The notes beneath the pieces were generated by a model. It was not told where the DNA came from, searched no databases, and saw only the letters and a list, made by a program, of their open reading frames with translations. The position numbers were made by a program, and so were the translations under genes. A stretch of DNA of 64,000 nt from Candidatus Thorarchaeota archaeon (GTDB lineage Archaea; Asgardarchaeota; Thorarchaeia; Thorarchaeales; Thorarchaeaceae), in NCBI GenBank assembly GCA_046482545.1, contig JAWOEX010000024.1:1-64000 (forward strand), read 5' to 3'. Positions 47,816-57,323 of the stretch are shown piece after piece (positions within the stretch are counted from its first letter, which is position 1; the number at the start of each line of letters is the position of its first letter).

Positions 47816-49876
47816 CTACTCCCTAAATTCTTCTTTAACGATGTTTTCGATAAGTCCTTCTTCTGGTACATATGGAATAGTAATCTGTCCTTTATCCGCT
47901 GACGCCTCATTCCAATTAATCGCAGTTTCAATAGCGTGAGAGTTGCGGGCCCAAGCTCTGCGCGCAATGCCTCCTGTAACGTCCCAATCTATTGCGGATT
48001 GGATGATTTTATCGACTCGTTCACTACCGTCCAGAACCAAACCAAATCCTCCGTTGATTGCTTTTCCTGTGCCAACGCCTCCGCCATTCGAGAGAACACA
48101 CATGGTCATGCCTCTAGCCGCATTTCCGGCCCAGCTCTGGTGTGCCATATCGCTTGTAATTCGGCTCCCGTCATAGATATTCGAGGTCTCTCGGAAGGGC
48201 GAATCTGTGGCACCGGTGTCATGGTGGTCCCGACCTAGCATAACCGGACCTATCTCACCCTTTCTGACAAGATCATTGAATTTTAGTGCAATCTCCTGGC
48301 GCCCCTGTCCATCTGTGTACAAGATCCGAGCCTGCGATCCTACAACCAAGTCGTTTTCATCGGCATCTCTGATCCAAGCGTAATTATCTCTGTCCTGTCC
48401 TCTGCGTTCGGGATTAATGAAAGACATCGCGGCTTTGTCCGTCTTAACTAAATCCGCGTGTTCTTGGCTCAGACACACCCATCGGAAAGGTCCATAGCCA
48501 TAGTCAAAGCACACTGGACCCATGATATCTTCAACGTAAGATGGGAAAATGAAACCGTCACTCGTATCTTCGCCGTTTTTCGCGATTTCTTTGACCCCTG
48601 CATCGAAAACAGCCTTCATGAAGCTGTTTCCATAATCCCAGAAATGCGTACCGCGCTCGGTCATTGTCTTTATGAATTCAAATTGTTTCCGAAGTGATTC
48701 ATTGACCAGTTGCTTGAACCTGCTGCGGTTAGCTTTGAGCAGTTCTCGTCCTTCCTCAAAGGACAGTCCTTGCGGAGTATACCCTCCATCGTATACTGCA
48801 TGACAGGAGGTCTGATCTGAGGCCAGTTCCACTTCGATGTTGTTTTTGACTACATATTCCCATAGGTCGACTATGTTGCCATAATAACCGATTGATACAG
48901 CTTCTTCCGACTTACGATATTTTCCCACCCAGTCGAAGATTTCATCCAAGTCATCAGACCACTCGGATAACCAGCCCTGTTCGCTGCGGGTATCAATTCT
49001 GCTCTTGTCTACTTCTGCAATGACACCAACGCCACCAGCAATTTCTACGGCTTTTGCTTGAGCACCACTCATGCCACCGAGACCGGAGGAAATGTACAGC
49101 TTACCAGCCAAATTCTGATCTTCTGGAACTCCAAGGTACAATCGTCCTGCGTTGAGAAGAGTGATGTAAGTTCCGTGAACTATTCCTTGGGGGCCTATAT
49201 ACATCCATCCCCCTGCAGTCATCTGACCATAATTCGCCACTCCCATTTCAGTGGCCCAGTGAAAATCCTCAGGCGTGTCGAACATGCCAACCATCAGCCC
49301 ATTGGTTAGAATTGCTCGCGGTGCATTTCGATGCGAGAGAAACAGGCCTACTGGATGGCCAGAGCTAACTACAAGTGTCTGTTCTTCAGTCATATTCTCT
49401 AGGTATTCCTTGATGAGTCTGTATTGTAGCCAGTTTTGACACACTTGGCCTGATTCACCATAGGTAACGAGCTCATATGGATAGAGAGCCACATCAAAAT
49501 CTAGATTGTTGTCAATCATGGCTTGGATTGCTCGAGCTTCTAGGATTCCTTTGTATTCCTCAACAGATTTCGCCTTAATTTCACCTGGTGGTCGATAACG
49601 GTATGCGTAGATTCTACCGCGTGTTTTCAACTCCTCAAGAAACTCTGGAGCGAGTTTCTCGTGGAGACTCTCGGGCACGTATCTGAGAGCATTTTTTACG
49701 GCAGTGACCGTATCCTCATAGTTGAGGTTGTACCCTCTATTAGGGGCACGTCTGATTGAAGGGTTGAACTCAGGGTATTCAGGAAGATCGTCTGGTAACC
49801 TAATCTTCATCGCTTTTGATGCATCGAACTCCAAAGGCTTCACCTTTCCAGCTTGTATCTTCCGTTCGTTGGTCAT
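47816..49876 (-). CDS. hutU: Urocanate hydratase (long form)
   Basis: ELVTYG, YGQMTAGGWMYIGPQGIVHGT, GLGGMSGAQ, SDQTSCH, GRDHHD. Confidence 0.96.
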   Translation of the reverse strand: MTNERKIQAGKVKPLEFDASKAMKIRLPDDLPEYPEFNPSIRRAPNRGYNLNYEDTVTAVKNALRYVPESLHEKLAPEFLEELKTRGRIYAYRYRPPGEIKAKSVEEYKGILEARAIQAMIDNNLDFDVALYPYELVTYGESGQVCQNWLQYRLIKEYLENMTEEQTLVVSSGHPVGLFLSHRNAPRAILTNGLMVGMFDTPEDFHWATEMGVANYGQMTAGGWMYIGPQGIVHGTYITLLNAGRLYLGVPEDQNLAGKLYISSGLGGMSGAQAKAVEIAGGVGVIAEVDKSRIDTRSEQGWLSEWSDDLDEIFDWVGKYRKSEEAVSIGYYGNIVDLWEYVVKNNIEVELASDQTSCHAVYDGGYTPQGLSFEEGRELLKANRSRFKQLVNESLRKQFEFIKTMTERGTHFWDYGNSFMKAVFDAGVKEIAKNGEDTSDGFIFPSYVEDIMGPVCFDYGYGPFRWVCLSQEHADLVKTDKAAMSFINPERRGQDRDNYAWIRDADENDLVVGSQARILYTDGQGRQEIALKFNDLVRKGEIGPVMLGRDHHDTGATDSPFRETSNIYDGSRITSDMAHQSWAGNAARGMTMCVLSNGGGVGTGKAINGGFGLVLDGSERVDKIIQSAIDWDVTGGIARRAWARNSHAIETAINWNEASADKGQITIPYVPEEGLIENIVKEEFRE

Positions 49877-50002
49877 AAAGCCTCTGTTCTAGAGATTGAG
49901 TCGTCACCGGTAGAAACTTCTGAAGACAACTATCCTACCTTTGAACTGCCCAAGAGAATCTACGGTTCTAGCTTGCTTCTTCTATGACTCCTAGTACCCC
50001 TC

Positions 50003-50443
50003 CTACTGGTTCTGGTCTTCATCTTCCCCTAATCCATTCCTTCGATTTGGAGCCATTTTCCCTTCCAAAACTTGATAATCCACGTGAAGTCCCTCGGTTT
50101 TCCACCAGATTTCCTGCAAATACTGCACATAGCCGCGAGTTACCTTGTCTTCTTTGAACTTGTTGTCGCTAACACAATCATACTCTTTTGTCAGACATTT
50201 TACACACCATCGACAATCTGACCAGAGTGTAACATGCTTATCGTCTAGATCAAGCGATTTGACCCTATCCAACGCCCTCAGAATAGCCATTAGCTTCATC
50301 TGTCTGCCTGTCGTTCCGCTGGAAGTGCCCTTGTCTGAAATCTTGAGCGGTTCTTGGGTGATTAAATCATCGTATTCGATGTGGTAGACCCATTTGCCAT
50401 ATCCTGCGGTACAGTCACCACTCGTCCACACTTTGACAACCAC
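50003..50443 (-). CDS. RNase HI-like fold protein, probably catalytically altered
   Basis: VWTSGDC..G.W, TGRQMKLMAILRAL, LWSD. Confidence 0.65.
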   Translation of the reverse strand: MVVKVWTSGDCTAGYGKWVYHIEYDDLITQEPLKISDKGTSSGTTGRQMKLMAILRALDRVKSLDLDDKHVTLWSDCRWCVKCLTKEYDCVSDNKFKEDKVTRGYVQYLQEIWWKTEGLHVDYQVLEGKMAPNRRNGLGEDEDQNQ

Positions 50444-50602
50444 GGTACTATCACCCTTAACGCAATAATACCACCTATCTACATGAGTATTGTTTCTTTG
50501 CGTTTTAGTGAGACTGAACGATTAGCCATCAGAAATAGACTCGTTGAGCACACTTACCTATGCTGAGGTAAGATGCTGTCCCCTTCCTACTGTAGGAGCC
50601 AC

Positions 50603-50977
50603 TTACTCCTCCTCTTCTTCGCTAATGTTTTCATAGTAGAAAACCATGCTATCAGTGTCATACCCTGCTAGCTCATATTCTTGACTCATCGTAATCGCGT
50701 CTACTGGGCAAGTATCCGCACACTGGCCACAGAAGAGACAGTGATGCTGAAGATAGATTATCGTTGCTTCATCACGTCGCCCTTCCATCTCAATAGCCGC
50801 ACCAGGACAGATTCTCTCACATGCGCCACACCCTATACAGGTCTCCATATCCCATACCGGGCGCCCTCTGAAACCCTTCGGGACTTCCCTACGCTCGAAG
50901 GGATACTTCAGTGTTGCTGCTTTTTCGAAGAGTTCTTTCAATGCATCTCTAAGGATCTTTATTTTATCCCCCTCCAA
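50603..50977 (-). CDS. NuoI/HycF-like 2x[4Fe-4S] subunit
   Basis: T.KYP..GFRG, CIGCGACERICP, CLFCGQCADTCP. Confidence 0.9.
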   Translation of the reverse strand: MEGDKIKILRDALKELFEKAATLKYPFERREVPKGFRGRPVWDMETCIGCGACERICPGAAIEMEGRRDEATIIYLQHHCLFCGQCADTCPVDAITMSQEYELAGYDTDSMVFYYENISEEEEE

Positions 50978-51929
50978 TGCTTAACTGTATGAGAATTATT
51001 TGTAGGACCGCCATTGGAATGACATATTTCCACATTCCCGATACCATTTGCTCTATTCGGGACCGAGCAAATGCTGCTCGTATAACTGATAACAAGATAA
51101 TGACAAAGATTGTCTTTATAAGAAAGATGAAGACGGGAGGTATGAACCAGACTCGGTGGGCACCGCCAAGGTACAGGGCAGCAGCTATACCCGACCCTAG
51201 AACGAGTTGTAAATTCTTTCCTAGCTGAATCAGAGCGAGCTTTCTACCACTGTATTCTGTCTTCCAGCCTGCCACAATCTCCGTATTAGCATGCGGCATA
51301 TCAAAGGGGACAAATTCCAATTCTGCAAGTAAAGATATGATTAGGACTGCAAAGCCGATTGGTTGCAGGAGGATGAACGAGGCTTCGTGTCCTAACTGCC
51401 ATTGTGCAATACCACTAAATGACAGGCTTCCCGAAGCGATTGCGGGCCCAATCATAGCAAGTCCCAATGGAATCTCGTATCCTACCATCTGAAGAGCGGC
51501 TCGGGCGCTGCCGATGGTAGCGAATCTACTCCTTGAAGAAAACCCTGCGAGAAATATCACAATCATAATAAGACTGAACAGGAACAGCATGAATATCACA
51601 TCACCCTCAAATGCTATCATGCTGGTTTGTGCTGCGATAGGAATAAGGAATAGCCCTGAAAGCGGTACAGTAAGCAATACTATCGGTGCAAGATTGAAGA
51701 CATGGCTATCGGCCGCATCGGGTGTAAGATCCTCTTTTTGCAACAGCTTGAGAAAGTCTGCAAAAGGCTGTAGAATACCTGATGGGCCTGTATACAGAGG
51801 ACCGACTCTCTTCTGGATTCTTGCAACTACTTTCCTATCAATCCATTCATAGAAGAATGCTAGGATAATTAAGAAGAGTGCTCCGGGGAAAATCAAGAAC
51901 TGAATCACTAAGATAAATTCTTCCATCAT
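50964..51929 (-). CDS. NuoH/HycD-like membrane subunit
   Basis: RKVVARIQKRVGP..QPFAD..KL..KE, PFDMP. Confidence 0.92.
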   Translation of the reverse strand: MMEEFILVIQFLIFPGALFLIILAFFYEWIDRKVVARIQKRVGPLYTGPSGILQPFADFLKLLQKEDLTPDAADSHVFNLAPIVLLTVPLSGLFLIPIAAQTSMIAFEGDVIFMLFLFSLIMIVIFLAGFSSRSRFATIGSARAALQMVGYEIPLGLAMIGPAIASGSLSFSGIAQWQLGHEASFILLQPIGFAVLIISLLAELEFVPFDMPHANTEIVAGWKTEYSGRKLALIQLGKNLQLVLGSGIAAALYLGGAHRVWFIPPVFIFLIKTIFVIILLSVIRAAFARSRIEQMVSGMWKYVIPMAVLQIILIQLSIGGG

Positions 51930-51945
51930 CTATGTTCTACTCCCT

Positions 51946-52419
51946 TTAGTTCTCGAGCTCTGGAATCCGCTCCGGTGCCTCATCCTTTTCGGCGGAATCT
52001 CCCCGCTTTAGCTTCGCAAGGAGTTTTGAAACTCCATCTATTATTGCCTCGGGCTTTGGTGGACATCCGGGCACATATGCATCCACAGGAATCACCTTGT
52101 TTACCCCGCCACATATACTGTAACACCTTTGGAAGGGTGCACCACTGCTTGCACAGGCCCCGATTGCTATCACGAATTTGGGCTCAGGCATCTGCTCGTA
52201 GATACGTTTGAGTCGTTTCTCATTTTGGAGGGTAACAGGACCTGTTACAACTAGAATATCTGCATGTCGTGGACTTCCCTTCAGTACTGCCCCGAATCGC
52301 TCTAAATCGAATCTTGGCATAAGAGCTGCTACTAGTTCTATGTCACAGCCGTTACATCCACCACTTGGGAAATGTAATAGCCAAGGACTAGATACTTGTG
52401 CCCATTTCAAGATTCCCAT
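51946..52419 (-). CDS. Group 4 hydrogenase small subunit (NuoB-like)
   Basis: GGCNGCDIE (hydrogenase-type), SPRHAD, GACA, PGCPP. Confidence 0.92.
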   Translation of the reverse strand: MGILKWAQVSSPWLLHFPSGGCNGCDIELVAALMPRFDLERFGAVLKGSPRHADILVVTGPVTLQNEKRLKRIYEQMPEPKFVIAIGACASSGAPFQRCYSICGGVNKVIPVDAYVPGCPPKPEAIIDGVSKLLAKLKRGDSAEKDEAPERIPELEN

Positions 52420-52420
52420 T

Positions 52421-52759
52421 CTAGGAAACCCTCCTAGAATATACGAGCAATGAGGTCGCTGCTAGTAAAATCATCGAATAGATGGCTGGCCTAAATCCCG
52501 CTGATGGTGGGCTTATTACCAGCATGAAGATGAGCACATCAAAAATCAACAAGTAGACTGCAAAGATGTAGAAGTACCTCATCTCAATCTGAATATCCTC
52601 GGTGGGAAAATCTTCTCCACAAGCATAGAGGCTTCTCTTAGCTTCAATATCCTCGGAGGTGGCATCGGCTGAAATCCTTCCACCATACGAGTAGATAAGC
52701 AAGGCAATGGCAATTGAAAGTCCAAAAACTACGGGTAAGAGATGTACGAGAGTCGACAT
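52421..52759 (-). CDS. NuoA-like subunit
   Basis: YACGE, LLIFDV; start reassigned to ATG 52759. Confidence 0.8.
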   Translation of the reverse strand: MSTLVHLLPVVFGLSIAIALLIYSYGGRISADATSEDIEAKRSLYACGEDFPTEDIQIEMRYFYIFAVYLLIFDVLIFMLVISPPSAGFRPAIYSMILLAATSLLVYSRRVS

Positions 52760-52953
52760 TGCACACCCTGATGTTAGAGCAATTCCGTAGTATCTTAAAG
52801 TTGGCGGTCTATCACTCACCAGAAATCCTTTGCCCTTGCCCTTGTTTGATTGTGGTACTTCACTGACTTTCTTCAGGGAGACCCCCTTTGAGAAGGTTTT
52901 TATCCTACTCCTTGGGTCTGCAAAAGCGGCGGTCTGTAACGCAGGAGTTTGCC

Positions 52954-53208
52954 TTGACACTCGGTGATATCCTCATTATTCTTCTAATGCTTTTGATTTT
53001 AGGGCTTGCATTGGCAACAGTAGAGGTAAGGGACCCTCTTTATAGTATTCTCTCATTCTGTGGAATGAGTATTGGGATAGGGATGTTATACTGGCTTCTT
53101 ATGGCTCCGTACGTAGCACTTTACCAACTTCTCGTCTATGCGGGAGCTGTTGTAGGACTATATCTTGCTGCAATCATGCTGACAACTCGAAAGGAGGCTA
53201 TAGAATAA
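52954..53208 (+). CDS. NuoJ N-terminal-like subunit
   Basis: APYVA..QLLVYAGAV; TTG after AGGAG. Confidence 0.8.
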   Translation: MTLGDILIILLMLLILGLALATVEVRDPLYSILSFCGMSIGIGMLYWLLMAPYVALYQLLVYAGAVVGLYLAAIMLTTRKEAIE

Positions 53209-53209
53209 T

Positions 53210-53497
53210 ATGAGCTATGATAGAATGCAGATTATAGGTTCAGTCTTAGTTCTGCTGGCAATCGTGACTTTGAGTGCACTTCTTATCCAAGTTCCTTTTC
53301 CAGCGTTCGAATATGCACTCTCCGATGATAGTTTGATTGAGATAACGAGACCAATTGGCGAGGAAATGAGCGAATTCATGTGGAGCGTAAGAAACATTGA
53401 CTTACTGGCTCAGGCGTTTGTTCTCTTTAGCACTGCTGTAGGATCCTTAGCTGTTCTTTTCGAAATCGAACACATGAATGCGGAGGAAACCGAATGA
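53210..53497 (+). CDS. NuoJ C-terminal/MnhB-like small membrane subunit
   Basis: W..R.IDLLAQAFVLF. Confidence 0.65.
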   Translation: MSYDRMQIIGSVLVLLAIVTLSALLIQVPFPAFEYALSDDSLIEITRPIGEEMSEFMWSVRNIDLLAQAFVLFSTAVGSLAVLFEIEHMNAEETE

Positions 53498-53808
53498 TTC
53501 CTCTATCGTACTTTCTAGCCTTCTCAGCAGGCCTATACATCATTGGCATTTATTGCTTGGTATCTAAACGAAATATGATTCGGCTTGTTTTAGGTATAGA
53601 GATTATACTTAATGCTGCAAATATCAACTTCATTACTTTTTCAATATTCCGGAGTGACGGTTTCGTTGACCCCTTTGCTCAATCCTTGGTGGTCATATCA
53701 ATAACCTTGGCGAGTTGCGTGAGTGCAGCAGCGCTTTCCTTGGTTATCTACGCTTACCGACATTATGAAACCTTGGACGTACGAGAACTTCGCAGACTTC
53801 AAAAGTAA
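53494..53808 (+). CDS. NuoK-like subunit
   Basis: IGIY...KRN.IR..LGIEI.LNA.NIN. Confidence 0.88.
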   Translation: MIPLSYFLAFSAGLYIIGIYCLVSKRNMIRLVLGIEIILNAANINFITFSIFRSDGFVDPFAQSLVVISITLASCVSAAALSLVIYAYRHYETLDVRELRRLQK

Positions 53809-53824
53809 CGAGGGAGAAATAAAG

Positions 53825-55282
53825 ATGTTCACGTTGCCACTTAACCTACTTTTCATCTTTGCAGTAACGACTCCCCTTATTGACTATTTGATTACGAAAT
53901 ATGAGCAGAAGTATCTGTGTGGAGTCTATCCTCTGATAGGAATGACACTCACAGGATATGCAGTGTACAGCCTATGGCTATCTGTTTCCGCAGGCGCATA
54001 CGTGTTTCCACTTGATGCCACCCCTTTCTTCGCATGTTTCAGAATTGATACACTCAGCTTTTTTATGGCATTCATTCAAATTGGTTTGGGTTTCTTTATT
54101 ACCCTCTATTCCATTCGTTATATGGAGAAGGATTGGCCCATACCTCTCTACTATTCCTTACTATTGTCCATGGTTGCCGGCATGGTTGGTGTGGTCTTCG
54201 CCGGAGATTTGTTTACGCTCTTTGTCTTCTGGGAGCTGATGTGTCTTAGCTCGTACATGCTCGTTGCTTTCAGAAGGGAGAGATGGGAGGCTATTGAAGC
54301 TGGATTGAAATACCTCCTAATGAGTTCTGTAGGGTCCGCAACTTTCCTATATGGTATATCCCTCATCTATGGATTCACTGGTTCACTACACTTTACTACC
54401 ATAGCCGCAACTATGGGGCAAGCTCCGACAAACATATGGTTCAACTACACCTTCTTGCTCATTTTCATCGGTCTTGGAATCAAGGCTGCAATCGTTCCTC
54501 TGCATACTTGGTTGCCAGATGCTTACTCTGCGGCTCCTACACCTATATTGGCCTTAAGTTCAGGCATAGTCATTGAGACTGGTCTCTATGTCATGTTTCG
54601 TGTTTTCTTCATGGGTTTCCCTCTAGTTCGTGCAGAATGGGCACCCATCTTCGCACTTTTTAGTATCGCCACCATGACTATAGGCAATATCTCGGCCCTT
54701 TTACAGACTGACTTGAAGAGACTACTGGCATACTCCAGTATCGCGCACGTTGGGTACATGCTCGTTGGTTTAGCAGCAGGTAACGAATCGGGGCTGACAG
54801 GTACCTTTTTACATATCCTCAACCATGGTTTGATGAAGAGTACCGCTTTTCTCTGTCTTGGTGCCATTATATGGAGGCTAGGAGAGAGAGATATAGAGCA
54901 TCTAGAGGGTGTAGGAAAGAAAATGCCCTTTACAGTCACAGCTTTTTCGATATCGCTTCTTGCACTATTAGGTATGCCTGGTCTGAATGGATTTGTAGGC
55001 GAATTGATTTTATTCTTTTCAACTATTCAACAGAACCTATTCTGGTTAGGGATTGCAATGATTCTCAATACCGCCATATCCGCAGGATACTACTTGAGAA
55101 TAATGTACAGAATGATGCAAACGACTCCTTCGGAGTTGGTTGAAGAGGCTGAAGAAGTGCCAGTCAGCATGCTGGTACCTATTTACGTGATGACTGTATT
55201 CATTGTGCTGTTTGGTATTTGGCCTGATTTAGTACTCGACTTAGCGAGACAAGCTGCAGCAGGACTTCTGTTTATGATTTAA
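53825..55282 (+). CDS. Antiporter-like subunit (MrpD/NuoN-like)
   Basis: FVFWELM, EAGLKY, K..IVPLHTWLPDAY, LKRLLAYSS; start at ATG 53825. Confidence 0.88.
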   Translation: MFTLPLNLLFIFAVTTPLIDYLITKYEQKYLCGVYPLIGMTLTGYAVYSLWLSVSAGAYVFPLDATPFFACFRIDTLSFFMAFIQIGLGFFITLYSIRYMEKDWPIPLYYSLLLSMVAGMVGVVFAGDLFTLFVFWELMCLSSYMLVAFRRERWEAIEAGLKYLLMSSVGSATFLYGISLIYGFTGSLHFTTIAATMGQAPTNIWFNYTFLLIFIGLGIKAAIVPLHTWLPDAYSAAPTPILALSSGIVIETGLYVMFRVFFMGFPLVRAEWAPIFALFSIATMTIGNISALLQTDLKRLLAYSSIAHVGYMLVGLAAGNESGLTGTFLHILNHGLMKSTAFLCLGAIIWRLGERDIEHLEGVGKKMPFTVTAFSISLLALLGMPGLNGFVGELILFFSTIQQNLFWLGIAMILNTAISAGYYLRIMYRMMQTTPSELVEEAEEVPVSMLVPIYVMTVFIVLFGIWPDLVLDLARQAAAGLLFMI

Positions 55283-55295
55283 GGAGAAAGAAGAA

Positions 55296-57323
55296 ATGCT
55301 ACTTGATATCAACCTACTTGCTTGGCTTTGTTGGATATTTCCCTTGGTGGGTGCAACAACCTCTCTGCTCATGTCACGAGTGAAGGAACAGACTCGCGGA
55401 TATGCGGCTGTTCTGTTTTCTTTCTTGGGCTTCCTCATGGCACTTCTTATGCTTCCGGAGGTATTTTCCCCTCAAGCCATTGATAACACTGCATTCTGGG
55501 TAATCCTGCCCGGTGGTATCTCTGTATCTATTGGCATGCTCATTGATCCACTTGCAATCATCTTTGCGAACATCGTCAGTTTTCTGGCCTTTCTGATAAT
55601 GGTCTACTCTGTCAAGTATGTTGAAGATGAGCCTAGCAAGACTCGCCTCTGGTTCTTCATGTCTCTTTTCATCGCTAGCAAATTGCTACTCGTGCTGGCA
55701 GATAACTTCATTCTGCTCTTTGTAGGCTGGGAGCTGGTTGGTGTGTGCAGCTATGCACTTGTCGGTCACTGCTATAGCGACAAAGACGAGCAGTTGATTG
55801 ACGGCTCCTCTCCATTCCTGAAACCTTCAAGGGCAGGATTGAAGGTGCTCCTTTTCACAACGTTCGGAAATATTTCCCTTCTTGGCGGGATGATCCTCAT
55901 CTATACGTACTCGGGAACATTGAATTTCATTCAGCTCTATACGACTGTGTCTGTATGGCTTCCTGCTATGGCTGCTAATCCGGGAATACTGACGCTTGCG
56001 TCGGTCTTGGTTCTCGGTGGTCCTATTGCCAAGTCAGCTCAATTCCCTCTGCACGAATGGTTGCCAGATGCAATGACTGATCCCGCTCCTGTTCCAGCGC
56101 TGCTACATGCCGCAACGATGGTGGCAACCGGTGTATACTTTATTGCTCGGATGGTTCCAATTTTCTTCTATGGTTATTGGGTTGGTGGTTTCCCTGAAGC
56201 GGGTACCTTCTTCTTGATAACTGCAGCAGTTGGAGCATTTACTGCATTTCTTGCTGGTACGCAAGCGATGGTAGCTCTTGAACTGAAGAAGATACTCGCC
56301 TTTTCCACTATGAGCCAGATTGGCTACGTGACACTTGGTCTAGGAGTAGCAGGTTTGACCCCTCAAGCATTTACTGGTGGCCTTACCGCGGGCATCTTCC
56401 ACTTGGTGAGCCATAGTATTTTGGAGGTGACACTATTCCTTTCAGCAGGCTTCATCCTTCACGCCACTGACACAATCTACATATCTGAGATGAACCTTTC
56501 AAGGACGCGACTGAAGCTCACTTGGGTAGCCATGTCGATAGTCACACTCTCGTTGATGGGTGTACCACCGCTTTCAGGATTCTGGAGCAAGGAAGAGATC
56601 TTGACCGTTTGCCTTAATAGTGGTCATTTCATCCCATTTGCTTTTGCTCTATCTACGGTTGCCATCACTGCGTTCTATTCAGTCCGCTTTGTAGGGATGG
56701 TCTTTCATGGTCCACAAGAAGAGAGCTCTTCTCATGATGAGGCGCATCCGATAATGCTTGCTCCATATGGCATTCTTGCCATCCTTACCATGGGTTTTGG
56801 CATAATTGGTCCTTGGTTCGGTGAGAGCCTCCATCATCTATTCGAGGAGTACTTTGTTCATACACTGGGCTTCGAAGTAGTTGCAGAAGCTGCTACCATT
56901 ACCCCCTCCATGGCCCTTTCCGAATCAATACCGTTTTTGGTGCCTATCCTTTCGCTTTCTATGCTTCTTCTTGGTGCCATTCCTGCTTACAGGTTGTATA
57001 TATCTCGGCAGAACCACCCTGAGGATGTAATTGGAACTGAAGGTGTACTCAAGAAGATACACTCCTTCCTCTGGAACCGCTGGTACATCAATACAGCCTA
57101 TCTGGCAATAGTTGATGGGGTATTTTCTATGCGAGAACCATTGAAGAAGTATGTAGAACGCCCCATGGACCGTGCTTTGAACGATGGTATTCCTAATCTC
57201 TTCTCTGCGATAAGCAAGAAGGTGGGGAAAATTCAAACGGGCATCTTCTCAATTAATATGCTTTACATGTTCATTTTGTTAGTGCTGGCTGGAATCGTGA
57301 TTCTAGTAACGGGGGTGCCCTAA
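55296..57323 (+). CDS. Antiporter-like subunit (NuoL/MrpA-like)
   Basis: GWELVG, KSAQFPLHEWLPDAM, HAATMV, STMSQIGY, GFWSKE; long C-terminal region. Confidence 0.9.
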   Translation: MLLDINLLAWLCWIFPLVGATTSLLMSRVKEQTRGYAAVLFSFLGFLMALLMLPEVFSPQAIDNTAFWVILPGGISVSIGMLIDPLAIIFANIVSFLAFLIMVYSVKYVEDEPSKTRLWFFMSLFIASKLLLVLADNFILLFVGWELVGVCSYALVGHCYSDKDEQLIDGSSPFLKPSRAGLKVLLFTTFGNISLLGGMILIYTYSGTLNFIQLYTTVSVWLPAMAANPGILTLASVLVLGGPIAKSAQFPLHEWLPDAMTDPAPVPALLHAATMVATGVYFIARMVPIFFYGYWVGGFPEAGTFFLITAAVGAFTAFLAGTQAMVALELKKILAFSTMSQIGYVTLGLGVAGLTPQAFTGGLTAGIFHLVSHSILEVTLFLSAGFILHATDTIYISEMNLSRTRLKLTWVAMSIVTLSLMGVPPLSGFWSKEEILTVCLNSGHFIPFAFALSTVAITAFYSVRFVGMVFHGPQEESSSHDEAHPIMLAPYGILAILTMGFGIIGPWFGESLHHLFEEYFVHTLGFEVVAEAATITPSMALSESIPFLVPILSLSMLLLGAIPAYRLYISRQNHPEDVIGTEGVLKKIHSFLWNRWYINTAYLAIVDGVFSMREPLKKYVERPMDRALNDGIPNLFSAISKKVGKIQTGIFSINMLYMFILLVLAGIVILVTGVP

